DNA of 63,158 nucleotides, filler included, from Olpidium bornovanus S191 (taxonomy: Eukaryota; Fungi; Olpidiomycota): the NCBI GenBank assembly GCA_017911155.1. It is 30 parts of 30 records of this genome, joined end to end, with 100 filler letters (N's around TTAATTAATTAA, not from the genome) between each part and the next. Parts side by side here need not be neighbours in the genome. Positions count along the whole stretch, not along the records: positions 21,425 to 23,794 come from JAEFCI010006557.1; positions 23,895 to 24,978 come from JAEFCI010007195.1; positions 25,079 to 26,293 come from JAEFCI010002723.1; positions 26,394 to 30,991 come from JAEFCI010000574.1; positions 31,092 to 33,572 come from JAEFCI010006421.1; positions 33,673 to 34,801 come from JAEFCI010004363.1; positions 34,902 to 35,934 come from JAEFCI010012665.1; positions 36,035 to 37,579 come from JAEFCI010001103.1; 22 more parts are not named here. The stretch is one strand, 5' to 3'. This document shows, piece after piece, positions 23,782 to 37,122 of this stretch. The notes beneath the pieces were generated by a model, which saw only the letters and a program-made list of their open reading frames with translations, did no database searches and was not told the DNA's origin. Every line of letters begins with the position of its first letter. Position 1 is the first letter of the stretch. Position numbers and translations under genes: made by a program.

Positions 23782-24250
23782 CTTTTTTTTTGGGNNNNNN
23801 NNNNNNNNNNNNNNNNNNNNNNNNNNNNNNNNNNNNNNTTAATTAATTAANNNNNNNNNNNNNNNNNNNNNNNNNNNNNNNNNNNNNNNNNNNNGCATGC
23901 AGTTCGCAGTCTTAATTTCCGCCAAATTACCCCACCCGCAACGGTGTCTTCGGTTGGCGGACCTGGGCGAACCGGTGCCCTCTCATTGATGGGGAAGGCA
24001 AATCGACTCGGCGGGGCGCGGCGTCGCACCGAACGTCGCCCGCCGATCGGGTAGCGTCTACGACGGGTGCGCGATTTGACGGCCGCCCCACTCCCCTCCC
24101 CTGCAGACCGCGCCCGCTAAAAATCGAGGGCACATAGCCGCGGCCGCCGATCTCGCCACCGCACACCTCGGCGGAAGGGGGGGGGGGGGGCATCGAGAAA
24201 CACGTCGCGGCAGCGGGAAATCGACGTCTATAAAAAGAATTAGTGCCTGT

Positions 24251-24862
24251 CCATGCGGCGCGATGCCTCCCGGCAAATCCCCTATTTTTAGGGATGAGCC
24301 GACGCCCGCCCTTCAAGACCCCCCCCCCACACACACAACCACTTTCCCCCTACCCAATCGCTCTCTGCCTTCCCCCGCGGTGCCATCTTTTTCCGTCTGT
24401 GCATGCGCTCCGTCAAAGGGAGATAGACACGCGCAACCCACACCTCTACGAACAAAAGCGACGTGCCCATCATTTATTAATTATTTATTTATACTCCGCG
24501 GGGCGTGGGGGTCTCCACAATCGGACTTTTTTTTTTTCCCCGACGCAGACGGCCTGAGTGGAGTGGAGGCGAAGGTTTGAGGGGGAAGCGTTCACAGGGT
24601 AACCGGAGTCGGGTGTATTTTGTCAACTTTCCTCAAATCCGCACGCTCCGCCCCCAAGGTTATATTATTATACCGCGCGCCGCGAAAAAAAAAAGTAAGG
24701 TGGGGGGGGGGGGGGGGGGGGGGGGGGGCCCTTTTCCCCCAAAAAAAACCGGGGGGGCCGGGGGGGGAAGGGGGGGGGGGGGGGGGGGGGGGGGTCTTGA
24801 AGGGCGGGCGTCGGCTCATCCCTAAAAATAGGGGATTTGCCGGGAGGCATCGCGCCGCATGG
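24251..24862. mobile_element. 612-bp non-coding segment bounded by ~75-bp near-perfect inverted repeats (MITE/foldback-like, or an amplification chimera)
   Basis: CCATGCGGCGCGATGCCTCCCGGCAAATCCCCTATTTTTAGGGATGAGCCGACGCCCGCCCTTCAAGACCCC at 24251-24328, with its reverse complement at about 24790-24862. No target-site duplication seen. Confidence 0.55.
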
Positions 24863-25151
24863 CAAACGTCGGAACGCCTTCCATTGCCTAGATTGTACAT
24901 ACATACAGCCCGCGCACTCTTTTTGACATTAATTATCTCGGTGATCCTTTACTACAGTTGCGGACTTTCTGCTTTAGANNNNNNNNNNNNNNNNNNNNNN
25001 NNNNNNNNNNNNNNNNNNNNNNTTAATTAATTAANNNNNNNNNNNNNNNNNNNNNNNNNNNNNNNNNNNNNNNNNNNNGCCGCGAAGCGCGTAACACGTA
25101 GCATTCGTTGTCCACCGGCGAAGGCGCAACGAACCCTGTGAAAACTCTCAC

Positions 25152-25247
25152 CTCCTGAACGCCTGGGGGTCGTGAGGCGCCGGGATACGACTGCTGTAGT
25201 AGTTGCATGACCTCCGTCAAAACGTGAGGTTGAGGCTGCCACGCCAT
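25152..25247 (-). CDS. KAP104: Transportin-1/Kap104-like importin-beta, first exon only
   Basis: MAWQPQPHVLTEVMQLLQQS resembles the transportin N-terminus (WxPxxxxLxxIxQLLxxS). GTGAGA donor at 25151. Confidence 0.6.
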
Positions 25248-26393
25248 GACGTGTCAAACTTGAGTAAACCGGTACTGTCGCGGTTATGTAACCGGCGGAG
25301 AAGGCAACGATAACAGACACGGTAGTCAGGCACACCAGACGACGGGCAGTATTTGTAGAACAGAGGTCAAGCAGGACTCTTCTGTTGTAAAAAACGACGG
25401 CGACCGTTCCCGCAAGCTCCTCTGCGATCATATCACCCATCCGGTCATAGGCGGTTCCGACGAACGCGGCCAAGGCGGCAGCGCGACCGCTTTTTCCAGC
25501 ACCGACTTGGAAGCGACCGGCGTTCCGATAGCGCAAAAAAGAAACCGACCACGGCGATTCCACAGGGTCGCAGCCCGCTTGTCCACGGCACATTGCCAGC
25601 TCCGGCCTGTTTCGTACACTACCTTTGGATTCTGGAAAACGGCTGCCGAGCAGAGGGTTTATGTTAGCGACACGGAAGAGCGTGGCAAAACGGGCCCAAG
25701 CTTGCGAGCTGCAACTGTCCGCCGCCCGACACCTGAGCGCGGCGCACCGTGCTGCACTTCCTCCGGGCGACCTCAGGTGGCGGACGTTCGGCGTGCAGCC
25801 AACAATTCTTCCTTCCCCTGGCCGGCGTCCGGAGGGGTGGAGGGACAGAACAGCGCAGCCCGCCCCTCCGCCGTGCCACCGGAGCCGTCTCCTGCGCAAA
25901 AAGCCGACCCGTTCCTTTCGCTCCCTCCCTCCCGCGCCTACACTCTCTTGGAAACGGACGAGGCGGCAAGGAAATGTTTGTTTTTTTCCCGGTGGGAGCC
26001 GGCTTCGGGGCGGTCTCCTCGTTCTCTCCGGCGGCGCAAGCAGCGTGTGCGGCCGCGGCGGATCGTCTGATGCTACCTTGGACCGGCGGTGCCGGTTGGG
26101 AGGAGGAGACGGGGGGCCGTGTGGGCGGGGGGCGGGGTGGGGGGCGAGCGGGCGGGCGGGGAGGGGAGCCCGGGGGTGGGGTGGGCGGGGGAAAGGGCAC
26201 CGGGGGATGCAGAGGGGCCAGGGCGGAGAGAGGCCGCAGAGTCAACACAACGCACGCACCGCAAGATTACGTCAAATATAATTACAGTAGAACNNNNNNN
26301 NNNNNNNNNNNNNNNNNNNNNNNNNNNNNNNNNNNNNTTAATTAATTAANNNNNNNNNNNNNNNNNNNNNNNNNNNNNNNNNNNNNNNNNNNN

Positions 26394-29305
26394 CAACCAT
26401 CTACGCACGCTTGATCTCGTCGTGCCTGAGAAGCGTACCTCAATGTATTTTTTTGGAACGCCCTTGCCGACCAAGTAACTACTCAACCGCACCTGTTGCG
26501 GTCCCTGAACCATGAGCTCCACGGGCGGCGGCCCTTTCGTCTTGCTTGGGAGGCGCGTGACTAAGCAATACGAGGTGAGATGTAACGCATGTGACCCCAA
26601 GCGCGGAGACGCAATACTCAATTGGCACGCTCTAAACGAACAGCTTGAACGATACCGGTTGACCTACCAGCGACGCTGCAAGCGCATGCTTTGGTCAATT
26701 CCTTCGCTGCCAGCTCCGGACAGATTAGAAACGTCTCCAGGCCCGTGATTCGGGTAACAATCTTGTGACCGTGTGTATTCTGTACCAAGATCTCGATGGG
26801 CCGCGGCTCGCCCTTCCGGGTCACGAGTTCCTTGCCTGCAGCGCTCAGCCTGTGCGAAACTTCCATCGTGGCGGCAAGTCTGTCAAGCGTGACAAGGCGC
26901 AGGTTCAGCCCGCCAATCGTTTCTGCCCCACCCATTTAAACACATATGACGCGCAAACAATCTGCGACGCCTTCCAGCTGCAGGCGATTCGTTTAAGCCG
27001 CCTCACCTCTTGCACAGCTCGTCACGCGGCAGGACATCGACGGCGTGGTACTCCTCCTTTCGCATCAGAGCGTCGCACAATATTGCGTTAATTTTCACCA
27101 TTCGCTTGTTGGACGAAAGGGCCAGGCCGTTCGACTTGACGTACTCGTCGATTACGTCGCGGAGGTCCTGAAGTGAATACAGCCTGTCGGTACTTTCACG
27201 TGAGGAATGCTGTCGTTTGAGTGACTTGTTTTGATTCGGTCCCTCCCGGAAATCCCTTGAGTATAACTGAATACAACTCACTCGTTATCACGGGCCGGGA
27301 ATATACATGAAGATGCTTTCCGCCGGTATAGAACGGTGACTTCCATGGGAGCCCCACTTGCAGGCATTGTCGCGGTGGAGGGCTTCGAAAAAGCATTACC
27401 GCGGGCGGCCGCAACCACCCGGGGCGTCTTATGCGGGACGAAGTCGGCGATTCTGGAAGTCGCGGGTCAGCGGAAGTTACTCCGACAAAGGTCCGGACGC
27501 CGACGAAAGGCGGTTGGCTTTACTTCGGATGTGTCCAATTCACCGAATGTATCTGCAGGTCGCCCCGGACGTCCTTCAACTTGATGATTTTCTCCTTCTC
27601 CATCCATTTCAAAAATTTGCTCAACTGCACATGGGCAGAAGTTCAAAAGTCATTTGAAGTTGCCTGTTTGACTGCGAGGGTCGAGGTGCTCACTGATAGG
27701 CACCTTCTTCCATTTCGTATGCTTCATATCCAACGGCTCCGGGACGGGACGCGACGGCATCATGTATTCTGAGAAAAAAGCCGACGCCGACACGGGCAGC
27801 TGCGGGGTTCCTGCTTGTCCAAAATTGACTGAGAGGGCTTGCAGAAACGATTGCTCCACGTATTCGTCCATTTCTATATGGGGCCCATGAGGAAACCAGA
27901 ATAAGTGGCGGGGAGACAACATTGCGGACGCACAACCACCTGTGGCAGACCTTCCTGTGAGCGTAAAACCTTCGCCTCGCTACTATCATCGGCATTCGAA
28001 TCCTGATTCGCGGGGCATTCTAACGCGACTGCAAGCCGAAGGGTTTCGACGCCTTTGGCAGCCTGAGCAGTATCTGTTCGAGTAGTTAGTCGCACAGAAA
28101 AATCCAGAAAGATGCGCATCGAAGATTATTATAAAGTATTAACAGTTTACCGCTGATTTCGGCCATAACCTCCTGCTTCTCCTCTTCGACCGGTTTGCCA
28201 GTGGCAGCCTCTTTGAGCTCTGGAGAGTCTGGAGGCTGGCTTTTGTCGCCCAACGCCCTTGTCGACCCAAGCGAGGAAAACATAAGAGGCTTTTTACAAA
28301 CAATCCGCACGTATTAAAGGGGTTATTACCAGAGAAAATCTTTGTAAATGTGCAACATGTGTACGGCCTTGCCCCTCAAATCGGTGATATCCGCAACGTT
28401 CACAGCCATCGTGCCGACGCCAACCGGTATTCTGGTAGACGCCATAGAAAGAGTCTCAGCCGGCGTGCCCACAAAAAGCTCAAACGTCCCTCAACTCTCG
28501 TCCCGACCTCGCGCCGTCAGCGATTATTGCCACCAGATCGCCAGTCCGCAGCCGCGGCAGTTCGGCTGGAGAACCAGCCAGGCCCGGCAGCATCAGGTCC
28601 GCACCGTTCTGACAGAAACATGTCGAGAGGGTTTAGCAACAACAAAACAATAGCATTTTCCGGGATCCCGCAAAACAATCGGATTGTCAGGGGATCCCGC
28701 CAGAGCAGCAGACGAGCACTGGCACCATAAGCTTGTCAATGACGGGCTGCCACGTCGCGAGCGTCGGCAACATATCGGGAAACTTCCACAGCGTATATAC
28801 TGTTTTACAAGCACCAGCGTTCAGGTGGTCAGGACTTCCGCCGAGCAAATGCTCCAAGCCAAAAAAAAAAAAAAAAAAAAAAAAGGGAGAAAAGGAGACA
28901 AGCGACAACGCGAAAAACTTCCGCTCCCGCAGTTTTCTTTTTGTTTTTGTTTTTTATTTTTGGTTCAAAACTGTGGGGTGATGACAGCCCCTCACCGGTA
29001 GGGACGAGCGCGGCGCCACACCGGAACCACGCCGGCTGTTTGGAGTCCGCGTCGATGTACAGGATGCCGAACGCGGCATCGCCGTGCGCTGTCCACTTGG
29101 CCTGGGAGACCTTCTTCGGCACGGGCCCTGCCGCGCGGGTGCACTGGCCGTCGTTCGAGCCGGCGGCTTCGGGCGCATCGTCGTCGTCGGCGCCGGGCTC
29201 CGCGAGCGCGGGGAACAGCGCCGACACCTCCTGCACCAGCCTCCTCCTGTCGCTGCTCCGGAGCGAGGAGAAGCGGAGCTGGTTGGCCAGCGGCTTTTTA
29301 AACAT
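26394..29305 (-). CDS. TMA64: eIF2D/ligatin (PUA, SWIB and SUI1 domains), multi-exon, 3' end at contig edge
   Basis: MFKKPLANQLRFSSLRSSDRRRL, VYTLWKFPDMLP, VGVGTMAV...GKAVHMLHIYKDFL, EMDEYVEQSFLQAL, LDMKHTKWKK, LRDVIDEYVKSNGL and HKIVTRITGLETFLI appear in the eIF2D order. Confidence 0.93.
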
Positions 29306-29798
29306 GTTACTTTTCTTTCTGTGCTGCTGCTGCTGCTGCTGCGCGGCGGCCTGCGGGGTGTCGTGCTTTCTTGCTTTTTTTTTCACTTTTATTCTGGTTT
29401 GTTTTGCTCCAAATTCTCGTGCCGCAAAAACACGCGCGCACACACACACACATACACACGCACGCACACAATCACACCGGCGGCGGAGGAGGAAACGCTC
29501 GTTCGGTTTGTAAAGAACAAATAAAGAACAAAAAGAACACGGGATCGAGGGTTGGCGAGCATGTCCTGACTCCAACCCGCCGCTTCCCCGCAGAACAGAG
29601 CCGACGCGAAAACCAACGAAAACAAGAGAACGGTGGGGGGAGTGGAAACGGCCTTAATCGCCAGCACCCTGCCCCGGGGTGTTTCCTTCTGCGCTGTGCG
29701 GGGGGGAACCCGCTGGGCGCTGGCAGGCTTACGCCGGCGATCGTGCGGGTCTATTTCGCGCTGCGCGTCCGTCCCTCGCAAATGTGTCCACTCGATCG

Positions 29799-29829
<31 letters not shown>

Positions 29830-30838
29830 GTTTTGCTTTTCGGGCAGGTTAAAGAGTGCCCTACCCCCGCAGCCCCGCCAGCCTCTTTTATTTTCTTATT
29901 TTCTTTGTTTTCTTGTTACGCTTGAAGGCACGCCGCGCGCGCGCGCGCACAGGGACAGCCCGGGGTCGGGAGTGGAAGAGGAGAGCCAAAATTATTTCTT
30001 TAACATCGCAACAAAAACAAACGTCGTTTGGGTCGCGTTTGTTGTTTATACTTTTGTGTAGTTTTTCTGCGTCGGCTGGGGGGAGTCAGTCTGGAGGGAG
30101 AGGGCGACGCGCACCCGGGGGAAAAAAAGGAAAAACAGCAGAAAGGATTTTTCCGTCCCTGTCCGCGCGGCCAACCTCCCTGCCCCCCGCCCTACGCCCG
30201 GGTTGACGAAAAGGCAAAACGCTGGTAAAACAACGCACACACTCCAATCCTCGCCGCTCCTGCAACCTCGCACGCCCTCCCACTCCCCTGCACTTTTCTG
30301 GGCGCGGCAAGAAAAAACTCAGCCCGCACGCCGGATTCCCTCACCTCTCCCCACCACCGACTAAACAATCTGAGTTCGCCCACTGCCCCCTTCCCCACCC
30401 CGCCCCCCACGCCCGTTCTTATCAAAGGCACGCAATCTCGAAACCTCGGAATCGGTTGCTTCCTCGTGCACACACACATTCTCTCTCTTTATCTCTCTGC
30501 CCCTATCTCTCTTTTCTTCTTTCCCCAAATCTCACGCACACACCCACACACATCCCCGCGCGACCCTCACAATCCCCTTCTCCCTTTACGCAGGAGAGCA
30601 GGAGATTTCCCGGCCTCCGCCGCTGGCGGGGGTAGGAGGCAGGGGGGGTTCTCTCTCTATTCCAAATTTTTAACGAGCCGGCGCCGCCTAGGAGCCGTCC
30701 GTCAACCGTCCGTTCAAAGCACCGCCAACTGCTCCAGCAATTATCCCGCTCGCCACAGGCAACGCATTTTTTTTTTGGGGGGGCCGCCGGGGAAATCTTC
30801 AATCACCCCACCATTTACACACGCGCGGACAAAAAAAA

Positions 30839-30991
30839 ATGCACTCTCAATCGTCCTCGTCATGGATCTGCATGCCAACATTACGCATTTTGGCAGTCGC
30901 CCTTGCGGTCCTCCCGCTGCTCGCCGCCGGAACGGATTCGCGCACCGCGGGAAGCTTACTCCCGCCGCTCGCGGCCTACCGTCCCCTGGTC
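30839..30991 (+). CDS. N-terminus of a putative secreted protein, cut by contig end
   Basis: M(HSQSSSSWIC)MPTLRILAVALAVLPLLAAG has a signal-peptide pattern. Only about 50 codons are visible. Confidence 0.35.
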
Positions 30992-31213
30992 NNNNNNNNN
31001 NNNNNNNNNNNNNNNNNNNNNNNNNNNNNNNNNNNTTAATTAATTAANNNNNNNNNNNNNNNNNNNNNNNNNNNNNNNNNNNNNNNNNNNNCATGCGCAC
31101 GCCGCTGCTGCGCCCCCCGCCCGCCGCGCGCATGCTCTTTCCAGCGCGGCGCGGAACGCAAACCGACCCGACCCGCAAAACGCACGCGCTCTCTCTTTCT
31201 GTCTTTCTCTCTA

Positions 31214-31253
<40 letters not shown>

Positions 31254-31419
31254 GCCCCTGTGCGCCGTTTTATTAAGCGCCTTTCCCAGGCGACCGGCTC
31301 TGGTGCAGCGACAAAAGGCGACTTCGCCCAGAACTCGAACATTGAAAATAAGGGCATTTCCCTGGTATCCCTGGGACTTTCGCCTCACGGTCCATTTTGG
31401 CTTTCAATCCGCCCTTCCG

Positions 31420-33408
31420 TCACAAGTCCTCCTCTATGCCACCCCCTCCCAGTAAGCTGACGACGAACATAGTAATGTTTGCCGTCATCTTGATGGAGAC
31501 ACCCTTGAAAAAGCCTCTGTACCTCTTCCAACCAAACAGCCCCATCGGTCTATCACCTTCCCCTCTCCTTCTCCTCCTCGTCTTTTTCCCAGCAACTTGC
31601 GCTTCCCTCGGGCCTCCCTCTTCTACGACGATCCGCCTCAGGCAGTCTCTCAACCCGATGTACGGTCTTCGCCGAAGCTGCACGCACGCTGCGAACGGCC
31701 GGCCCTCCTGAACACGGACGCGCGATGGCTGCACCTGGAGGCGCTTGCGGCACGTTTCGAGCGGAAGCGTGACAAGGAGCTCCAAAGACGAGAACGCCAA
31801 GTCAGAAAAAGCGTGCAGCAACGGCGAGTCGTCCGACTGGATGCCCAGAACCTTATGGATTAGCAATGACCGTGACACGTCCAACAGTGCGCTAGCCGCG
31901 TGCAGACACACTGTTGGCACCAGGAGTGTCCGGTCAAAGAACAGCGCACTGAGTCCGCCTTCCTCTTGGATTGTAGTCCGAAGGCAGTCATACACGCCCC
32001 GGTACTTTCGGTACTTTGGATGCGACGATTGAACAATCAACCTGAGCGAGCATGATGATAGGTGCCGTTGGATATTAGTTAGCGAGGAATCCAACGTACA
32101 GTGATTTTTCGTTGTCCACCGATGTGAACGTACCTTGTTCGGACCAAATCAAGCGGGCTCAACAGCCAACCCACTAAGACCCGGCTAATCAGGTGGCTCG
32201 TGACGGTCGTCGGGAGTTCGTCCGTGCAGAGCAGATCGCCGTACTCATCCTCGATAGCAGGATAACCCGGTCGCCTCTGAAGTAACTCCTCCACATTTGG
32301 TTGTATAGAAGCGTCCAGCATCTGTTGAAGCCAGAAGGTAAAGTTACCTGGAGGTAATTTACACGAAGCATAAGCCTCCAACCGTCAGTATCGGAAAACC
32401 CTCAAGATCGAAATCAGGCCTACTGTCGATCACTGCACTTCACTGCCTACCTTTCCAGAGGCTTGTCCACCCTTCAAACGGGTTCTTGACCACCGCAGCC
32501 ATAGTGCGCCAAATGCCGTGTTCCAGCGGAGGCAGCTGGTACGCCGGACGGAGAGCATCGTCCTCGACATCGGCGTCGGTGGGAACGACGTACCCGAGGT
32601 GGTCAGTGGCGACAGCGGGCGATAAGCTGTCAGGACCAGCACCGGTAAAACTTGGGTTCTCGAAGGTATACAGAGCATCCGTAATGTCCAGCTCAGAATC
32701 CTGTTCGGGGGCCAGAAAACGCGTGAACGATAGCAGCGGACAAATTTGTGCAACATGGCGGTTGCATCAGGAGGCACACGAGGCCCGTCTATGCCTGGGC
32801 AACCGAGCCACACACGCATGAGGCGAATAGGTTCATTCTCGCGAATCCTTGCCAGGAAACACAACCGGCACTACTTCCCATTGGCACTTTGGCTCATTGG
32901 CGGAATTTGGAAAAAGCAGGGAACGCCGAGTTGACTTTACCTCCTCGTCCTCTTCCGCGGACCGCTCCTGATCCGAAGCGTCGCCGGCGTCGCCCGCGGC
33001 GGGGAATTCCGATCGACGCTTGTTTCTTTCCACGTCGAGCCATCGGTCCGAAGGCAGGTACTGCACCTGGAGCAGCGTCCCCGCAACCTGAAACGGGCTG
33101 GTGACGGCGGCGCTGCAGAGCTTCGCAAACTCGTAAGTCAACAACTCCAGCGCCGCTTCAGCGGGAGGGAGGAAGTTGTCGTCCAAGTCACCGCCCTCCC
33201 CAGGGTCCAGCTCCCTGTACGCGTGACTGAGGACGGACGCGGAGGTCAGGTCCAACAGGGGTTCCGAGCCTGCGAGGACGGCGCGGTCGTGCGCGGAGCG
33301 GCCCAGGGAGAGCAGGCTGTGCGGCAGCTGCGGGAAGGCCGAGCCGTTGCCCCCGGGTTGGTCCGCGGTGGAGGGCGCCGCGTTCGGCTCGGGCGCGCTG
33401 CCGTGCAT
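31420..33408 (-). CDS. UGO1: Mitochondrial fusion protein Ugo1 (mitochondrial carrier-derived, SLC25A46-like)
   Basis: SPFQVAGTLLQVQYLP; DHLGYVV...RPAYQLPPLEHGIW...EGWTSLWKG; LLSPLDLVRTR|LIVQS; LPLETCRKRLQVQ; RRPYIGLRDCLRRIVVEEG. Confidence 0.9.
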
Positions 33409-33525
33409 GGTGCGGAGGGAGGTGGCCCCGGTCGAGGCGAGCGCGCGCCGCGTTGGTGTTTTTGTTTTTTTTTTTTTTTCCTGCGCCGGGAGCGGGGGCG
33501 AGGCGTCCAGCGCCACCAGCAAAAT

Positions 33526-33563
<38 letters not shown>

Positions 33564-34620
33564 CCGGGGAAANNNNNNNNNNNNNNNNNNNNNNNNNNNN
33601 NNNNNNNNNNNNNNNNTTAATTAATTAANNNNNNNNNNNNNNNNNNNNNNNNNNNNNNNNNNNNNNNNNNNNCATGGAAACTACAACTTTTCCCATTATC
33701 ACAATAGCATTACATCCAATTAATGAAATTCCTTAGAAACGACTCAAAGCATATGTCCTCGATGGCATCACGTGATGGGGTGTCGGCGGATTGTGCAGCG
33801 GCTTGCAAACATCCTGGCGAGGCATCTGGAGGAAATGGTCGGCGACTATCGTACGTGAAATGGGAACACTTTAACACAAGGATATCACGACTGCACTGCG
33901 TTAACGCCGTAATACTAGTTCTGACGCATTGCGACTGTGACGCTCACGAGATCGGGCAGTTGGCGTGCTCCCTGGGTCAGAGGGCAGTCTTGTTGGGGCG
34001 GGCCTTCAAAAAGTCGTTTGAAATGGGCACGCGGCAGGGCACGGTGACAAACGCGCGACACTCCTCAGACCAAGGCTCGCTGCTCATTGTAAGCCAGCCC
34101 TCGGCGGCCTTATCTGCTCTTGCCAAAATCTGCCCCTGCACTCTATTGCTCGACACCGCTGTGCGAGCCCGAACAGGGTCGCAGGATTAGCAGATTCCTG
34201 GGATTCGTAGAAAATTCGGGGGATCTGCAGAGAGTCGCGGAACCGGAGACGCTGCGGTTTTGCACAGATTTACGGTGTTGGCATCGTTCACGGGATTAGT
34301 TTAGCAGGTTTGCGGGGATTTGTGGCATCAGATAAAAACGACAGAAGGGAAAGGTTTGGCGGTTCCGGTGCGGACCAAACCCGGGCGGAAGAAAAAGGGA
34401 GGGCTTCCCGCTCTTCGCTGTCGTCACGCACGCACGCCAACGCGGACCACGCGCGCGCGCGTCCGTGGCAGGGGCGGGGAGTGGGCGAAAAAAGGGCGGA
34501 AAGGGGGGGGGCATTGGGAAGAACAGCAACGCGATATCCAAAAAAGAAAAGGAAAAGGGAGCGAAAGGGAAAAGAAAGAGAGAGAGAGAGGGAGAGGGAG
34601 AGAGAGGGAGAGGGAGAGCG

Positions 34621-34655
<35 letters not shown>

Positions 34656-34914
34656 CCGAGAGACAGAAGGCAGAGAGCGATATAGACTGAGAGAGAGCGG
34701 AGAGATCTGTCTCGCGGACGCCTTTTTTTTCCTTTTCTTTTTTTTTTTTTTTTTTGCCCCCTTTCTTTCGACGTGGTTCGGTCGATCCTCTTCAACGCGT
34801 CNNNNNNNNNNNNNNNNNNNNNNNNNNNNNNNNNNNNNNNNNNNNTTAATTAATTAANNNNNNNNNNNNNNNNNNNNNNNNNNNNNNNNNNNNNNNNNNN
34901 NGGGCGGCGGGGGG

Positions 34915-34990
<76 letters not shown>

Positions 34991-35069
34991 CCGAAATGCG
35001 ATTTGGCAGGAAATGGGGGGCGGAGGCGGTTCCGCCGCGCGAGCAGCCAACAACAGCACGGCGGCGGGG

Positions 35070-35720
35070 CGGCGGCTTACGCTCGAATTCCGCGGGCCGC
35101 CTTTCCCATCGTCGCCTTCCTCCTCCTCCTCCTCGCCGGAAGGCGGCGGGTCCGGGCGGCCGTGAGCTTTCCCTTCCGCGGCATGTCCGTCGCGCCGGCC
35201 GCCGCGGGGCCCCTCTTCCTCCCCCTCCGCTCCCGGCGCCGCGCTCGCGCCTCCGTCAAGGTCCGCGTCGCGCACCGGGCCGCGCCTTCGGCGCCGACTG
35301 CCGCCCGCGCCGCGTGCGCCCGCTCCTCCCTCTTCGCGGCCGTCAGCGGCACGGACGTCGGCGCGCTCCTCCTCGCCAGGCGGCGGCGAGCCAGCGCCGT
35401 CTCCGAAAATCTGCGGGAACCCAAAAAAAAAAAAAAACCGGGCCGACCCGCGGTGCAAACCTTTGGTTAAAACGCAATGTGACGTCTCGTTTCTCTCTCT
35501 CTCTCTCTCTCTCCCTCTTTCTCTCTCGCTTCTCCCCCCCGGGGGGGAGGGGGGGAGGGATGCCCTCCCGCGGCCGCCCCCGCCGCCGAACCGAATTTTC
35601 GCGGCTCGTCACCTCTTTGTAGAACTCCGGCACCTCGTCGAGCTCCCCGTTCTTCACGGTCCGGTAGAACTCTTTTTTGACCTTAAACTTGTGAACCAGC
35701 CTGTCCTTCTTCCTCTGCGC
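35070..35720 (-). CDS. Possible FYV7/TAP26-like rRNA-processing protein, internal exons
   Basis: Exon QRKKDRLVHKFKVKKEFYRTVKNGELDEVPEFYKE lies between AG and GT and resembles the Fyv7 'LIHKAKVKKxY' motif. An acidic low-complexity exon follows. Confidence 0.45.
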
Positions 35721-35832
35721 TGGCGACGAAGAAAAACCGCCCGCGGGTCCACCCAGAGTTCAGGACGCGGGTCGGGGGACTTTCGGCGGTGAAGAACGCG
35801 AACTGAGAGGTGACGCGGGAAGAGGGGCGGAA

Positions 35833-35926
<94 letters not shown>

Positions 35927-36036
35927 AAAAAAAANNNNNNNNNNNNNNNNNNNNNNNNNNNNNNNNNNNNNNNNNNNNTTAATTAATTAANNNNNNNNNN
36001 NNNNNNNNNNNNNNNNNNNNNNNNNNNNNNNNNNGC

Positions 36037-37122
36037 ATGATTGACAATTCACTGATCACGTCCTCAGGGCTGTTAAGGACCCTCCAGTGCTGGAAGTCGA
36101 CGCTCCGAACCGTGAGGCTGTACAATGTGGCGGCCGTGACAGATGACTCTGTGCGGAAATTGCTGACGAAGTGCCTGCTGTTGCGGAACTTGGGCTTGTC
36201 GCTCAACACCAACCTTACCTGGAAAGCGTTCGACGTCGGCCTCGCGGACGAGAGGGCTGCGCTTGAGGAGATAGATCTGGACGGGTGCCCCAACTTTTCG
36301 GCAAACCATATTACGCGCATCCTGCGGTTATTCCCGGGAACTGTCCGCGTTTCCCTTCTCAATACGGACATCCAGCACTTTCACCTCATACGTGAACTCA
36401 ACCAACTTTACGCTGAGCACGCCAGCTCAGCTGATTCGGCTACGCCGCGGCGGGCTTCTCTCACCCATTTGCGGCTCCGACCGACCGCCAAGGCGTGGGA
36501 TCGACCGGCAGCAGTGTTGGACGGGGTGCACATCAGCGAATTTTTCCTAGCCAACAACATGCTAGAGATATTCGAGTTTAGTAGCGGCGCTGTTGTCCTC
36601 GACGACTTTGCTCTCGGCCTGGGGAGGTTCTGCTCCGTCTCCCTCAGGCGGGTGGACCTTTCTGGCACCGGCGTCAGCGACGTTGCGTTGCTGGGGAAAG
36701 CATTGCAGAACGCGGCGGGCGATGGGCTCGGCGAGGGCGGCGCTGCGAGGTTCGGCGGCCTATCTGCGTGTTCGAACCTGGAAAGCGTCTGTCTGTCGCG
36801 CTGTCCGCTCATCACCGACATGGGCGTGGCCGGCGTTGCCCTGCGCTGTCCTCGCCTTCGCGTCCTGCTCCTCGCGGACTGCCCGGCAATTACGGACGAG
36901 TGCCTCGAGAAATCCCTGGGACCGCACGCGCGCGAGCTGAGGGAAATCGACCTGAGCAAGACGCGCGTGTCCGGCGCCGGCGTCGCCGCGCTCGTCAGGG
37001 GAGCCGCGCGCGAAAGTCTGCGAAAGCTCGTGCTCGACCACTGCTCCCACCTCGCCGAGGACGCGGTGCGGTTTGCGAGGAAGATGTTGGGGCCGGGGGC
37101 CGTCGTCCAGTGCGCTCTTTAG
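36037..37122 (+). CDS. Leucine-rich repeat (RNI-like / FBXL-type) protein, C-terminal part
   Basis: Repeats of LxxLxLxxCxxIT: LEEIDLDGCPNFS, LESVCLSRCPLITDMGV, LRVLLLADCPAITDECL, LREIDLSKTRVSGAGV. Confidence 0.85.
   Translation: MIDNSLITSSGLLRTLQCWKSTLRTVRLYNVAAVTDDSVRKLLTKCLLLRNLGLSLNTNLTWKAFDVGLADERAALEEIDLDGCPNFSANHITRILRLFPGTVRVSLLNTDIQHFHLIRELNQLYAEHASSADSATPRRASLTHLRLRPTAKAWDRPAAVLDGVHISEFFLANNMLEIFEFSSGAVVLDDFALGLGRFCSVSLRRVDLSGTGVSDVALLGKALQNAAGDGLGEGGAARFGGLSACSNLESVCLSRCPLITDMGVAGVALRCPRLRVLLLADCPAITDECLEKSLGPHARELREIDLSKTRVSGAGVAALVRGAARESLRKLVLDHCSHLAEDAVRFARKMLGPGAVVQCAL

Noticed and set aside
25300-25899. Rossmann-like VGAGKSG in ORF 25027..25899
   Set aside because: An isolated motif without the preceding beta-strand or any other family support; no gene model could be built.
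33723-34190. 155-aa ORF
   Set aside because: No recognisable motif on either strand and no splice support; not annotated.
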